64,000 nucleotides of DNA from Patescibacteria group bacterium. Lineage in GTDB: Bacteria > Patescibacteriota > Minisyncoccia > Phycocordibacterales > UBA918. The position numbers and the translations under genes were made by a program. Positions 10,370 to 20,087 of this stretch are shown piece after piece; position 1 is the stretch's first letter, and each line of letters begins with the position of its first letter. The stretch covers positions 5,406 to 69,405 of the forward strand of contig JBBTRC010000008.1 in the NCBI GenBank assembly GCA_038065355.1. The letters are read 5' to 3'. The notes under the pieces are model-generated. The model did no database searches. It saw only the letters and a program-made list of their open reading frames with translations, and was not told where the DNA came from.

Positions 10370-11236
10370 TTAGAAACCAAAGCGTACTGGAGAGGACGAA
10401 TCGCTAGCCGAGGCCGACGAGGTACCATAGCGCTCGGCGGCGCCGGCTGGGTCAACCGCAAAGGCAATTTGTTGTTTAAACCCGTCATAGGTTTTAAATT
10501 CATTTGGATCCATTTGGACGCCGTTTAAAATGAAAGTTGGAGTGCTTCCGAGCTGTAGCTCTTGCGCATCGGCCAGATCGGCACGTACCTTCTCGCGCAA
10601 CACTGATGAATTTAGGTGACGGCGGAAAAGTTCGGTGTCGAGTTCAAGTTGCTCGGCGTACTGAATAAAGGCTGTCGTTGGTACCGCAGCCGCCGCCCAT
10701 GAATTTTGATTTTTAAAGAGCAAGTCAGCGTACTCAAAGAATTTCCCTTGTTGGCCGGCTGCTTCGGCCGCCACTGCGGCTTGCTGTGAAAAACGATGGA
10801 TTGGCAACGGAAAATGTTTGTACTCAAAACGTATCCGGTCGCCGTATTCTGCCAACACTTCGTCAACCGACGGCACAAAGGCGGCACAGGCCGGGCATTG
10901 CAGATCGCTATACTCAACGAGCGAGACGCCCGCATCCGGGTTACCGCGCAGGTGCGCGGAGAGCTCGATTCCTTCATTATTCTTCCCTTCAGACTGACCA
11001 GAATACCAGATAGCGCCGCCGAATAGGACGACGGTGAGAATGCCAATGATGACCCAGGGATTTTTCATACCGCTAGAGTGTAGCATATCGTTCTTCTTCG
11101 CGCATAGACAAAGCCGGAAAAGTACAGTAGCCTCAAGGACATACGCATGGCCAGGAAACCAAATTTTGTGAAGAAAAAGAAGCGCCAAGTGCATGGTGCC
11201 GCTTTTTGGGACAGAGAGTACACACATCCCGAACAC
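10370..11236 (-). CDS. DsbA-like thiol:disulfide oxidoreductase (thioredoxin fold, CPAC active site), membrane-anchored
   Basis: CxxC motif (DLQCPACAAF) in a thioredoxin-like domain. The probable true start is the internal Met at about 11068 (MKNPWVIIGILTVVLFGG signal anchor), which removes the 90-bp antisense overlap with the methyltransferase gene. Confidence 0.65.
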   Translation of the reverse strand: MFGMCVLSVPKSGTMHLALLFLHKIWFPGHAYVLEATVLFRLCLCAKKNDMLHSSGMKNPWVIIGILTVVLFGGAIWYSGQSEGKNNEGIELSAHLRGNPDAGVSLVEYSDLQCPACAAFVPSVDEVLAEYGDRIRFEYKHFPLPIHRFSQQAAVAAEAAGQQGKFFEYADLLFKNQNSWAAAAVPTTAFIQYAEQLELDTELFRRHLNSSVLREKVRADLADAQELQLGSTPTFILNGVQMDPNEFKTYDGFKQQIAFAVDPAGAAERYGTSSASASDSSSPVRFGF

Positions 11237-11881
11237 CTACAGCTCTCAAGCGACGAAAGCGAAGATTTAGCCAAATTCACACGCTGGCTCCCGCGCCAAG
11301 ATCGGATGGATATTTTGGCACCCCAGGCAAGCGCCATTGATATTGGCTGCGGCAACGGACGCAATCTTATTTTCTTGGCGCGATCGTTTGGCATGTCGGG
11401 TGTCGGGTTTGATATTTCCTCGGCGGCAATTGCCCAGGCAAAAGCCGCCTCCACCTCCCTACCGCTTTCCTACTTTGTACGAAAAGCCGAGGAACCATTG
11501 CCGGTAGAAGCTGGTTCGCAAGCTCTCGCGCTCGATATGATGACCTCGCACTTTTTAAACGGAGCGGAGCGCAAAGCGCTCCGCGACGAGATCTATCGCG
11601 CCCTAAAGCCGGGCGGCTTTCTCTTTATGAAAACGTTTCTTAAGGACGGCGATTTGCACACCAAGCGACTGCTCGAAGAGCACCCCGCCACCGAACCAGG
11701 CACGTACATACACCCGGTGATGGGTGTCCCAGAATATGTGTACAGCGAAGAAGCTTTGGTAGATTTTCTTCGCGAGAAATTTATCGTTCACAAAATATAT
11801 CGCTCGCACCGACACATCTCGCGCGGCAAAGCCCGAAAACGGCGCACCATCTCTGTCTACGCCGAAAAAGATTACCGATAA
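11147..11881 (+). CDS. Class I SAM-dependent methyltransferase
   Basis: Motif I IDIGCGNGRNLIFLA and a post-I acidic residue (GFD). Confidence 0.7.
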   Translation: MARKPNFVKKKKRQVHGAAFWDREYTHPEHLQLSSDESEDLAKFTRWLPRQDRMDILAPQASAIDIGCGNGRNLIFLARSFGMSGVGFDISSAAIAQAKAASTSLPLSYFVRKAEEPLPVEAGSQALALDMMTSHFLNGAERKALRDEIYRALKPGGFLFMKTFLKDGDLHTKRLLEEHPATEPGTYIHPVMGVPEYVYSEEALVDFLREKFIVHKIYRSHRHISRGKARKRRTISVYAEKDYR

Positions 11882-11916
11882 TAATCGGCGTGGAGTTGCC
11901 GTTATCATTTCATCTC

Positions 11917-12561
11917 CTAAAACTCTCCGCTGTTGTAGAGTGTCCCGTATTCCATACCAGCTCCTTGGAGCGCGGCCGCATCTTTAAAAAGCACATCGCT
12001 CGGTGGCACGAAGACACTACCATCAACGGCTGTCCACGTTTTGCAGTCATAGCGAACTGGTTCGGTACTCGGTACTGGAGTTTTTATCAGCGACCCGTCG
12101 CTCGATTCGGAGTTGGCTGCAGCGAGCGTGAGATCAGCCTTTACGCCGTAGGTAGCATCGGCAATCGTTGACCAGGCGTACATGTTGGTACCCTCGATAA
12201 TCACTGAAGACACCATGTCTTCGTCCAAGTCGGGCGAAGGGGTGAGGAAGTCGCCCCGCACCTGCCCGTCACCTATGAAGTAGGTTCCAGTCACCGCCGC
12301 TTCGTGCTCGTTTGGCGTGTACGAAATCGCGCACTCAATATTTTTGCCCAGAGCCTGCAGTTCAGCCAGTGTACCACTACCAGCGAATACTTCTGGTTCA
12401 GATTCAGCTTCCGGTGGCGTGGCAGTTTCTCCGCTTGTCTTTTCAACAACCTCCTCTTCTCCGTCAGGTGAGGCATCATCGAACAAGGTAAAAAAGACGA
12501 AACCTCCGACAATGACCGCAATAATCGCTAGCAGTGCAATCAGCTTCATACGCATTTTCAC
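11917..12561 (-). CDS. Membrane-anchored/secreted hypothetical protein
   Basis: 214 aa, N-terminal TM (LIALLAIIAVIVGGFVFFTLF) followed by an acidic Ser/Glu-rich linker. Confidence 0.45.
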   Translation of the reverse strand: MKMRMKLIALLAIIAVIVGGFVFFTLFDDASPDGEEEVVEKTSGETATPPEAESEPEVFAGSGTLAELQALGKNIECAISYTPNEHEAAVTGTYFIGDGQVRGDFLTPSPDLDEDMVSSVIIEGTNMYAWSTIADATYGVKADLTLAAANSESSDGSLIKTPVPSTEPVRYDCKTWTAVDGSVFVPPSDVLFKDAAALQGAGMEYGTLYNSGEF

Positions 12562-12618
12562 TTAGACGAATAACCATTCAACTTTCCTTATTGTACACGA
12601 AAGTAACTGCCTCGGGCT

Positions 12619-13653
12619 TTGGGCAATTTGGCTCTATGTCATAATAGTGGCGATATGCCATCTACAAAAACGTTAATTCGGCTAGCTTACACGTTTGTAC
12701 TTATGCTCACGTTTGGCGCAACCGTCGGTATTGGCGTGCTGATTCAGTCGAAATTACAAATTTTTAAACACGTCGCCGTAGAGACCGCCACGACGACCGA
12801 GCCGTTTCCGGTCGGCGTCGATCCACAAAACAAAACAATTGTTGAAAATCCCGCGGTTGATGCTTTTTTCTACAACACACTCGCCCACACGTCAGAGTCA
12901 CCTTCCTGGTGGCAGAGAGTGGCTGTGCTTTTTTTTGAAAAAAACTGGTACCAAAACTTGGCCTCGCCGGTCAGCCGGGTGGTGGTCATTTGGCCGGGCG
13001 AGCGCACAGAAGAGGTGAAAAAACACTTCGGCGACATACTCAACTGGAGTGTGGAAGAGCGAGACGAATTTGTGTCGCTTGTTCAAACGAGCGCGCCGGT
13101 CCTTCAGGAAGGCAAATTTTTTCCGAGCGAATACGTGACCCACAAAGACGCCCGGCCGGATGAAATGGCCATACTCGTGACATCAAAATTTAATACGGAA
13201 ATACAGGCCAGATACACGAGTGACGTAGCCGCCGAAGTACCGCTCGACGACGCGCTTGTCATCGCTTCGCTTTTGGAACGGGAAGCACGCGACTTCACCA
13301 ACATGCGCGAAATCTCCGGCGTGATTTGGAACCGACTATTTCTCGATATGCCGCTCCAGCTGGATGCCACTTTGCAGTACGCGCGCGGCAGTCGGCCCCT
13401 CGAACCAAAGTGGTGGCCGGTTGTACGCCCAAGTGACAAATACATCAATTCTCCTTTCAACACGTACCAAAACGAAGGTCTGCCGCCAACTCCCATCGCC
13501 AACCCATCTTCCGAGGCTGTGTTGGCGGCGCTAAACCCCCGACACACCGACTGTCTCTACTACTTTCACGACAACGCGCAAAACTACTACTGCTCTCCAA
13601 CCTACGAAGAACACATTGCGAAGTTGCGCCAACTGTATGGCCGCGGCCGTTAA
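12619..13653 (+). CDS. mltG: Endolytic murein transglycosylase MltG (YceG-like)
   Basis: N-terminal TM, and a YceG domain with LQLDATLQYA (compare canonical LQSDPTVIY) and the conserved FNTYQNEGLPPTPIANP region. Confidence 0.7.
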   Translation: MGNLALCHNSGDMPSTKTLIRLAYTFVLMLTFGATVGIGVLIQSKLQIFKHVAVETATTTEPFPVGVDPQNKTIVENPAVDAFFYNTLAHTSESPSWWQRVAVLFFEKNWYQNLASPVSRVVVIWPGERTEEVKKHFGDILNWSVEERDEFVSLVQTSAPVLQEGKFFPSEYVTHKDARPDEMAILVTSKFNTEIQARYTSDVAAEVPLDDALVIASLLEREARDFTNMREISGVIWNRLFLDMPLQLDATLQYARGSRPLEPKWWPVVRPSDKYINSPFNTYQNEGLPPTPIANPSSEAVLAALNPRHTDCLYYFHDNAQNYYCSPTYEEHIAKLRQLYGRGR

Positions 13654-14217
13654 TTACTTTACGTCACACACCAAGGGGTCGTTGATCTTTTGAATCAGGT
13701 AATAAAAAGACGTGAGCAGAAGCGCGATACCGAGAAGAGCAAATTCGCCGCCGTGAAGCGGCAGGTACACCAAGAGGCCGCCGATGCCAAACGAAGTGAA
13801 CAGTGTGGTGAGAATGACCGAGCCGCAGGCCGCGCACCCGATACCGAGCACGCTACTCACAAGCGCACCGACGCTAGTGAGATGTAGTTTGCCCTCGCTC
13901 CGCTTCCCTATCCGAGCGCGTCGTATGTAGTACACAAGTAGCGCGCCGTTGAGACCAATAAGGATGGAAATGGCCACCGTGTAGATCGCTGAAAACACCG
14001 TAAAATTTGTCACAATCGAGCCGTACAATTCGGCAATGAGGCTGATTTTACTCCCGAGCGAGGAGGTACTCCTCGTGAGTACGCTCCCGATCAAGCCGAG
14101 GTTGGGTAACAGGACCGCCACCGAAAACACTACGAGCGCAATCAAAAGCGCCAGACTTTGGTATTGCCCTTTCCGAAACACTTTCGCAAAGACACTGAAT
14201 ACTATGCTATTTGGCAT
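13654..14217 (-). CDS. Polytopic membrane protein with an intramembrane CxxC (GIGCAACGSV); candidate redox partner of the adjacent DsbA-like protein
   Basis: 187 aa, 4-5 TM, Cys-x-x-Cys inside a predicted TM helix. Its start overlaps the stop of the upstream DsbA-like gene by 11 nt. Confidence 0.4.
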   Translation of the reverse strand: MPNSIVFSVFAKVFRKGQYQSLALLIALVVFSVAVLLPNLGLIGSVLTRSTSSLGSKISLIAELYGSIVTNFTVFSAIYTVAISILIGLNGALLVYYIRRARIGKRSEGKLHLTSVGALVSSVLGIGCAACGSVILTTLFTSFGIGGLLVYLPLHGGEFALLGIALLLTSFYYLIQKINDPLVCDVK

Positions 14218-15040
14218 CGGTTTTTGCTATATCGATGAGTTGCTCAATCGCCGCCTGCGGGACGGCTCCGTTGATTGGGTAGGTCTTTCCATCGGGACCG
14301 ATGAGGATGCTCCACGGCGTACCTTGACCGCCGGTTTCACCCACGTCGGCCAAATCTTCGTCGATGATCGACTGGTGGCGGCCGCTCTCAAAGCAACTCG
14401 TGAAAGCGGTTCGATTCACACCGGCTTGTAGTACAAGCTGTGGAATAAGTGTTTCGTGTGGCGTCTTGTCTCCTTTGCCCCGTGCCTCAAAGTAGGCGTC
14501 GGCAAAAGTCCAAAAGGCGTCGTTGCCTCCGAGTTCAGCAACGCACAAAGACGCCAACGCGACCGAATTAGCATTCGGATGCAGACCAGTAATCGGAAAG
14601 TGTCGGTACACCCAGGCGATTTGGCCATTTGAGTTTTCAACCAGCGTGTTCATGGTGGCGTGGAAACGACTACAGAACGGACAGTCAAAGTCGGAATATT
14701 CAACTATTTTTATCGGCGCGTCTGGATTGCCTTTGATGTGGTCTTCCGCAGAAATAGGATCAACCTTTTCGGTCGCCGCTGTGGCCGCCGCCGCTTGCTC
14801 GGCTGGCGCTGGTACGTTTTGTGCTGCGGTACTGGCGCCATCACCAAAATACAAACCCACCCCCACAAACAACCCAGCTACCACAATCGCTGCGGGGGTG
14901 AGCATGTCCTTAGTCTGTAGCGCGGTTGAAGCCTGCGAGGGTGTTGAAGCGGCGGGGGTAACTGGTGTCTGTTGTTCGTCCGACATAGATAGGGCTGAAA
15001 GTTTAATTATAGTGCTCTTAGTATACACGTTTATACGCAA
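14207..15040 (-). CDS. DsbA-like thioredoxin-fold oxidoreductase (CPFC active site), membrane-anchored
   Basis: DFDCPFCSRFH CxxC motif. N-terminal TM after a Pro/Ala/Thr-rich leader. Confidence 0.65.
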   Translation of the reverse strand: MRINVYTKSTIIKLSALSMSDEQQTPVTPAASTPSQASTALQTKDMLTPAAIVVAGLFVGVGLYFGDGASTAAQNVPAPAEQAAAATAATEKVDPISAEDHIKGNPDAPIKIVEYSDFDCPFCSRFHATMNTLVENSNGQIAWVYRHFPITGLHPNANSVALASLCVAELGGNDAFWTFADAYFEARGKGDKTPHETLIPQLVLQAGVNRTAFTSCFESGRHQSIIDEDLADVGETGGQGTPWSILIGPDGKTYPINGAVPQAAIEQLIDIAKTDAK

Positions 15041-15207
15041 AATCGAGGTATCTTTTTCAATCTGCGCCCACTACCAGCCACCACCAGAATGTATCTTTAT
15101 CTCTTTATTACACATTTTGAGCGTCCGCGGAGATAAAGTGCCTGTAGTAATTAGACATCGGAGCGTGTGAAAAATATGTAATAAGGGGATAAGTCGAACC
15201 GGAAACA

Positions 15208-15236
15208 TTGACTTTTGAAGCAAAGTATGATATTAT
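15208..15236 (+). promoter_or_regulatory. Sigma70-like promoter (-35 TTGACT, 17-nt spacer, -10 TATTAT) upstream of 15290 ORF
   Basis: Hexamers read from the sequence: TTGACT at 15208-15213 and TATTAT at 15231-15236. An AAGGAGG RBS at 15278-15284 lies 5 nt before the ATG. Confidence 0.35.
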
Positions 15237-15289
15237 AAAAACAGGTAATTAACGCCCTTTTTGGGCCCTAGCTGGCTAAGGAGGCCACT

Positions 15290-15781
15290 ATGAAAAAGTT
15301 CATTGTCACGCTCATGATGATCACCGTCTGCACCGCGGCGAACGCCGAAAAGCTCGAACCAGGCGACCATCGAGGTTTCGTCTGGAAGCAACAAGAAAGC
15401 GGCGCGGGCCACGTCCAAGTCAAGGCTGACATGTCTGGCCGAGACACGTGCACAGCGCTTGTTATTTACGATGACTCGCCACGCATGAAGACATCTGAAT
15501 GCTGGCTCAGCCAGAGCCGCGACCAGTACGTCGTACAGGTCGGCGACGGTGAAAATGACGTCGTAGTGCTTGACCGACGTGATCACGATCGTGAGTTCTT
15601 TCGTGACCATCGCACCTTCGGTCAACGTTTGGAGGACGCAGTGGTAGAGAGTGATCTCTACCGAGCACCTCCCTTTCGTTACCGGGAGACACGCATAATC
15701 GGAGTCGGAGCACGCGCCACCATTTACTCCTACGGTGCCCGCACATGCTACGGAAGGCACTTCAAACCGTATCCGTGCTAA
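15290..15781 (+). CDS. Secreted cysteine-containing hypothetical protein
   Basis: Signal peptide MKKFIVTLMMITVCTAANA. Strong RBS and promoter upstream. Confidence 0.5.
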   Translation: MKKFIVTLMMITVCTAANAEKLEPGDHRGFVWKQQESGAGHVQVKADMSGRDTCTALVIYDDSPRMKTSECWLSQSRDQYVVQVGDGENDVVVLDRRDHDREFFRDHRTFGQRLEDAVVESDLYRAPPFRYRETRIIGVGARATIYSYGARTCYGRHFKPYPC

Positions 15782-15873
15782 GAGGAGTGGTACCCGCCGC
15801 GTTGCGCAAGCTTCGCGGCGGTTTTCTTTTACTCATACAAAACAAAGGCGGTCCTAAAGGACCGCCAATTTTA

Positions 15874-16260
15874 TTATCGGAGACCGCAGTTTTTTAAAAA
15901 CTGCTCGCTCTCCGCCGTCCTTTTTAAATCTAACTCGAACTCGCAAACCGCATTTGGAAAACGGAGGTGGACCAGCGTGTTGACGTACTGTGATTCTCCA
16001 TCAATGTGCACGTATGGCCCTGGCTGTCTCTGATGTTCCTGACCAATGCGAAGCATGCCCATGTAGATACCATCATCGATAGTGAGTTTCTCGATTAATG
16101 GCCTCTCCTTTTTGAGGCACCGTTTCCAGCACAGATCCAAATAGCCTGTCGGCCAGCCAGAGCTGGTGAAACGCATTGAGACAGTTAGCTTGGTTTTTGG
16201 TAAGTCAAACAAAACCAACTCTTTCGACTTAACTTGCAGTCGTTTCGGTTCATCAAACAT
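15874..16260 (-). CDS. Hypothetical protein
   Basis: 128-aa ORF, no motifs. Confidence 0.3.
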   Translation of the reverse strand: MFDEPKRLQVKSKELVLFDLPKTKLTVSMRFTSSGWPTGYLDLCWKRCLKKERPLIEKLTIDDGIYMGMLRIGQEHQRQPGPYVHIDGESQYVNTLVHLRFPNAVCEFELDLKRTAESEQFLKNCGLR

Positions 16261-16394
16261 GCGCCCTCTCCCAAATAGCTTCCTTATTCAGGCTAGCTTA
16301 TCCACCCCATTTTTGGCAAGGCTTGATGGGGTACAAGTGTCCTGCACACATTGACATGTGGTAACAAATATGCTACTATAGGAAGCGGTATGGT

Positions 16395-16760
16395 GTGGTT
16401 GCCAACTTGGGGAAACGCTCAAGAAAAACAGCCAAGGAGTTGTGTATGTCTACAAAAAAAGACTACCTGATCTTCATCATCGTGGCGTTACTCGTGTGGG
16501 CCTCCGGCTCGCACGCAAGCGCACAAGTGAACAACACTCCCCTGTACAACTCGTCGGTCGGAACCGCGATTGTTGTGCAAAAAACAGACCGAGATTTGTT
16601 GTTCACTGATCAGAAAGGCAATCCTTTCTCTTACCGTGCACCAAGAGGTGCGGAGGTTTGGCTCGAGAGTGGGAACTCTCTGGCGATCATTGGTGCCAAG
16701 GGGGAACTTGGCGCCGGCGGTGATGTAAGAGCTTTACTGCAGGTTCAGGTCCGCTTCTAG
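16395..16760 (+). CDS. Small secreted/membrane-anchored hypothetical protein
   Basis: Hydrophobic N-terminus (YLIFIIVALLVWASGSHASA). Confidence 0.35.
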   Translation: MVANLGKRSRKTAKELCMSTKKDYLIFIIVALLVWASGSHASAQVNNTPLYNSSVGTAIVVQKTDRDLLFTDQKGNPFSYRAPRGAEVWLESGNSLAIIGAKGELGAGGDVRALLQVQVRF

Positions 16761-16804
16761 CGCACCTTCACATGCAGAAACAATGATGCCGTCCAAGCGC
16801 AAGT

Positions 16805-17698
16805 TTGGACGGCATTTTCTATAGATCACGCGAACTTGCTTTGATTGAAACATGGTACCATGAGCACATGGGCACCTTTGAAGACACTCCTAATCAAGCT
16901 GAGCAGGTAGCTATTCCTAAAAACCGCGCTGCAAAACTCTTAACAAGGATTGCCGCATTATTATTGCCAGACTCATTTTTCGACAGCAAAGTCATAGGCG
17001 AGCGTGACGAGTCTGATCCGAGGGAATTTGAAGTTCCTGACCCTGACGACTTTCCCGCTGACGAACTGGACCTTGCACATGAACAAGAAGTTATTGACTT
17101 CTTAGATAAAATTGAAAAACTTGGTATGGTTCGAACCAGAAGCGCAGATGAATTTGTTAAAACCGAGCAAGGTAACTTAGTGTATAACCGACTCTTGGTG
17201 CCGTGGGAAGAAACGGGTCGTGGAGCAATCGACGTCACTTTTGATGCGCGAAAGCTAAAACGGCTAATTAATAGGCTGGCTGACGACTCGAAAAAGGAAC
17301 GGGCTTTGCAATATTTTGAAGAGTTGCAAAAAATTATTGAGGTTGAGGAAGTTGAATCGCCGTTACGCTACATTGAAAATTTACCCGAGCCTTCTTTCGA
17401 ATCCCTTGCCGGACTTGAGAAATACGTAACTCAGTTTGATGAAGAAACCATTGCCCGCGTAAATGCGATTACCGACGCGAAATCAGCCCTTAACGACCCC
17501 GATCGTATTCGCATGAAAAATTCTCACGCCGACGTATATGAGAGCGTTCGACAACTTCTGACGAGTACAAAAATCTATCTCGATAAAAACCGCGAAAACT
17601 ACCCCGAATTTTGGTTAAATTTTGAAAAATTTAAGCTGATCAATGATGCCATTGGCATCATTGGAAAAGACGGCGTTCGGCATAAAATGTCTTTTTAG
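16805..17698 (+). CDS. Acidic hypothetical protein
   Basis: 297-aa ORF, Asp/Glu-rich, no motifs. Confidence 0.4.
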   Translation: MDGIFYRSRELALIETWYHEHMGTFEDTPNQAEQVAIPKNRAAKLLTRIAALLLPDSFFDSKVIGERDESDPREFEVPDPDDFPADELDLAHEQEVIDFLDKIEKLGMVRTRSADEFVKTEQGNLVYNRLLVPWEETGRGAIDVTFDARKLKRLINRLADDSKKERALQYFEELQKIIEVEEVESPLRYIENLPEPSFESLAGLEKYVTQFDEETIARVNAITDAKSALNDPDRIRMKNSHADVYESVRQLLTSTKIYLDKNRENYPEFWLNFEKFKLINDAIGIIGKDGVRHKMSF

Positions 17699-17756
17699 TA
17701 ATTGATCTACTTTTGCTTTTTGGAAAAAGGTGCCGCGCGAAGCTCGGTAGTACGAT

Positions 17757-18176
17757 TCACTCACCAAACCACTCCTCCGGAAACTCTTTAATATCAGCAC
17801 TGGTATGTGCGGAAATAAAGTTGTGTTCCCAAGTGGCACCACGCGACTTCTCCCAGTCCTTAAGAAAGAAAGCGGCTGACAGCAAATTCGCTTCAAAAAT
17901 CGGACGGTGGTACGTTTCCATCACCAAATCCCAATCGGTAATACCGGCCTTGATAATTTGCGCTTCATCGTCATTGCTTTTGAAGTAATCAAATACCGTA
18001 TAGCCTTTCTCTTTGAGAATCGCTTCCGCCTGCTCGAGCCGATGCTGATTTTCCTCACGAGTGGTACCTCCGGTAGTGAGTGGCCCGCACACTCGGACCA
18101 CTGGGTGCGGCAGTTGTTTGAGACGCTCGATAGCGCCAACAGCCAGACGTTTTAGTAATTCTTCATGTGTTTCCAT
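17757..18176 (-). CDS. Hypothetical protein (Rossmann-like, possibly nucleoside deoxyribosyltransferase/DUF4406-like)
   Basis: 139 aa. VRVCGPLTTGG glycine-rich turn. Confidence 0.35.
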   Translation of the reverse strand: METHEELLKRLAVGAIERLKQLPHPVVRVCGPLTTGGTTREENQHRLEQAEAILKEKGYTVFDYFKSNDDEAQIIKAGITDWDLVMETYHRPIFEANLLSAAFFLKDWEKSRGATWEHNFISAHTSADIKEFPEEWFGE

Positions 18177-18231
18177 TGCGAGTCCCTATACTTTCCTTCG
18201 CCACTAAATCATGATGGTTAATTCTATGCAA

Positions 18232-18708
18232 TCACTGCGACAGCTGTACCACCACCTCAACGGCTTGGTCATACTCCGGTAAACCGGATGGGTTGTCTTT
18301 CTGGAAAATAATCGTGCCGGTGGCGCTGTAAGAATCGGCAGGCAATTCATAACTAATCGTACCTGAAAATGGGACAAAGTCTTCGGTCATCCATTCACCT
18401 TCAGTCATCACGAACCCTTGACCAATAATTAAGCCGTCCCAATTGGTCACGATGACCGGTGCGCTAGCCTCAAAAAACCACGTACCCCGCGCTTCCCCGC
18501 GTACCACAACCGGATTCGCTACTGTCTCTCCTGGAAGCGGTGACGTAATGGTGATCAAGTCTGGAATATCAACTGGCATCGCTGGCGTTCCCGATTCTTC
18601 GGTGACCGTCGGCGCCGTCGTCTTCGTCGGCAAGAAATACAAAATTAATCCGATGGCGACTACGACCAGTCCGATAATTCCAACCTGCGTTTTTAAAGTA
18701 GTTGTCAT
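18232..18708 (-). CDS. Membrane-anchored extracytoplasmic hypothetical protein
   Basis: N-terminal TM (VGIIGLVVVAIGLILYFL), then a beta-rich domain. Confidence 0.45.
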   Translation of the reverse strand: MTTTLKTQVGIIGLVVVAIGLILYFLPTKTTAPTVTEESGTPAMPVDIPDLITITSPLPGETVANPVVVRGEARGTWFFEASAPVIVTNWDGLIIGQGFVMTEGEWMTEDFVPFSGTISYELPADSYSATGTIIFQKDNPSGLPEYDQAVEVVVQLSQ

Positions 18709-18711
18709 AAA

Positions 18712-19149
18712 TTATGGCCAGTACAACGGGTCTGGCTTCTCGTTAAAAAATTTTTCATAGTGGCTCTTGGTTTTCTCGTACGTAGCGGTGCCTGGCCTAG
18801 GCACTCCAAGCGTCGCTTGTATGTGCTCCCAAGCTTCTTCTTTGGTATCAACGGCCGGGGGCGGGTTGGGGACATGGTGGATGAAGGCGCCGATAAACTC
18901 CGCGAAGTCTTTGTAGAAACGAGTAAACATGAGCATTTCGTGCCAGGCCCAATCAACTCGCCCAGATGGCGCCACACTATCATCTGAAATATGCGCCAAA
19001 TACAACATGCGCTTGGCTTCTTTGATCAAACCTTCGGCAAAATCAAGCGGCACGCCGTGGAGGCGCACAATCCGATTGGCCAGCAAGTCCGGCACCGCAA
19101 AGGCGTCGACCTCGGCCAGCGTGGGAGTTTTGTGTGTCATAGCTATCAT
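18712..19149 (-). CDS. Hypothetical protein
   Basis: 145-aa ORF. Its start lies 4 nt below the stop codon of 18232..18708, adjacent to a promoter-like AT-rich region. Confidence 0.4.
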   Translation of the reverse strand: MIAMTHKTPTLAEVDAFAVPDLLANRIVRLHGVPLDFAEGLIKEAKRMLYLAHISDDSVAPSGRVDWAWHEMLMFTRFYKDFAEFIGAFIHHVPNPPPAVDTKEEAWEHIQATLGVPRPGTATYEKTKSHYEKFFNEKPDPLYWP

Positions 19150-19195
19150 TATACAAAAAAATTAAAAGCAAGGGGTTTCCTTGCTTTTAATGTAG

Positions 19196-19393
19196 TTATT
19201 CAGGCTTCTTTTCGCCTTCGCAATCTCCTCCCTCTTTTTTTCCTTTGCAGTCTTCACCTTCCTTTTTTCCTTCACACTTTTCTCCTTCCTTCTGGCCTTC
19301 ACAGTTAGTACCTTCGCCAGTTACTTTGTTTGTGTCATCGTTTAACATACAGCAGATTACATTAACTTTTAATGCCCCACTATGGTAGCACAA
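19196..19393 (-). CDS. Possible small Cys/Glu/Gly/Lys-rich repeat peptide (CEGxKEGE x4); may be spurious
   Basis: 65-aa ORF with four near-identical 8-9 residue repeats, each containing one Cys. The underlying DNA is a short tandem repeat. Confidence 0.2.
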   Translation of the reverse strand: MCYHSGALKVNVICCMLNDDTNKVTGEGTNCEGQKEGEKCEGKKEGEDCKGKKEGGDCEGEKKPE

Positions 19394-19431
19394 GTTTTTT
19401 GTCGTTACCTACAATCCAATAAAAAAGACGC

Positions 19432-20073
19432 CTACACAACCTCGGTGTAATTTGTGTGCAGAATGTCTTCGTTGGCAATCAGGTAGCGGTTGTCGGTGAA
19501 GTCGCCCTGAGGTGAGAGGACAAATACTATGAAGCAATGTTCATCGCCACGTTGTGGACCGGGGTTTTCTTCGTTGGCCCACGGCGGGATGATAGCAATC
19601 GGTTCGCCGGTGGGATTAGGGAGCACTAGGACGCTTTTTTCCTTTGGGAGCCACTGCCCGCTCTCGTCTTGCTCGTAGTTCTCATGAAACTCCGCGTCGG
19701 TATTTTTAAATTGCTCACCAGTCGAGCCGGTCACCACCCAGTCACCCACTTTTGCTAGCCTGGTATCCTCCTTAAATTCTTTTACAATGGTTTCAACCGT
19801 CTCTTCAGCCTCAACTTGCCGCGCCCCAGCTATCGGTACGGACGTGCGTCGTGAAAATAGGTGGCCCTCCGCGCGCATGCGCTCTTCCATCTCCTCACTA
19901 AAGAGGTCGGTTAGTTTTGGCTCTCCCGGAGTTTTTTCAAATGAAGGCATAGCTTGTGCGACGGGTAATGCTTGAAAGTAGGGTATCATACATTTAGATT
20001 TCTGGTAATTTGTGCCTAACGCACTGATAATTTGCCGCTTTGCCTGCCAACATGGTAATATTTTAGCAATCAC
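19432..20073 (-). CDS. Hypothetical protein
   Basis: 213-aa ORF. The true start is probably an internal Met. Confidence 0.4.
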   Translation of the reverse strand: MIAKILPCWQAKRQIISALGTNYQKSKCMIPYFQALPVAQAMPSFEKTPGEPKLTDLFSEEMEERMRAEGHLFSRRTSVPIAGARQVEAEETVETIVKEFKEDTRLAKVGDWVVTGSTGEQFKNTDAEFHENYEQDESGQWLPKEKSVLVLPNPTGEPIAIIPPWANEENPGPQRGDEHCFIVFVLSPQGDFTDNRYLIANEDILHTNYTEVV

Positions 20074-20087
20074 GCAAGTAATAAACT

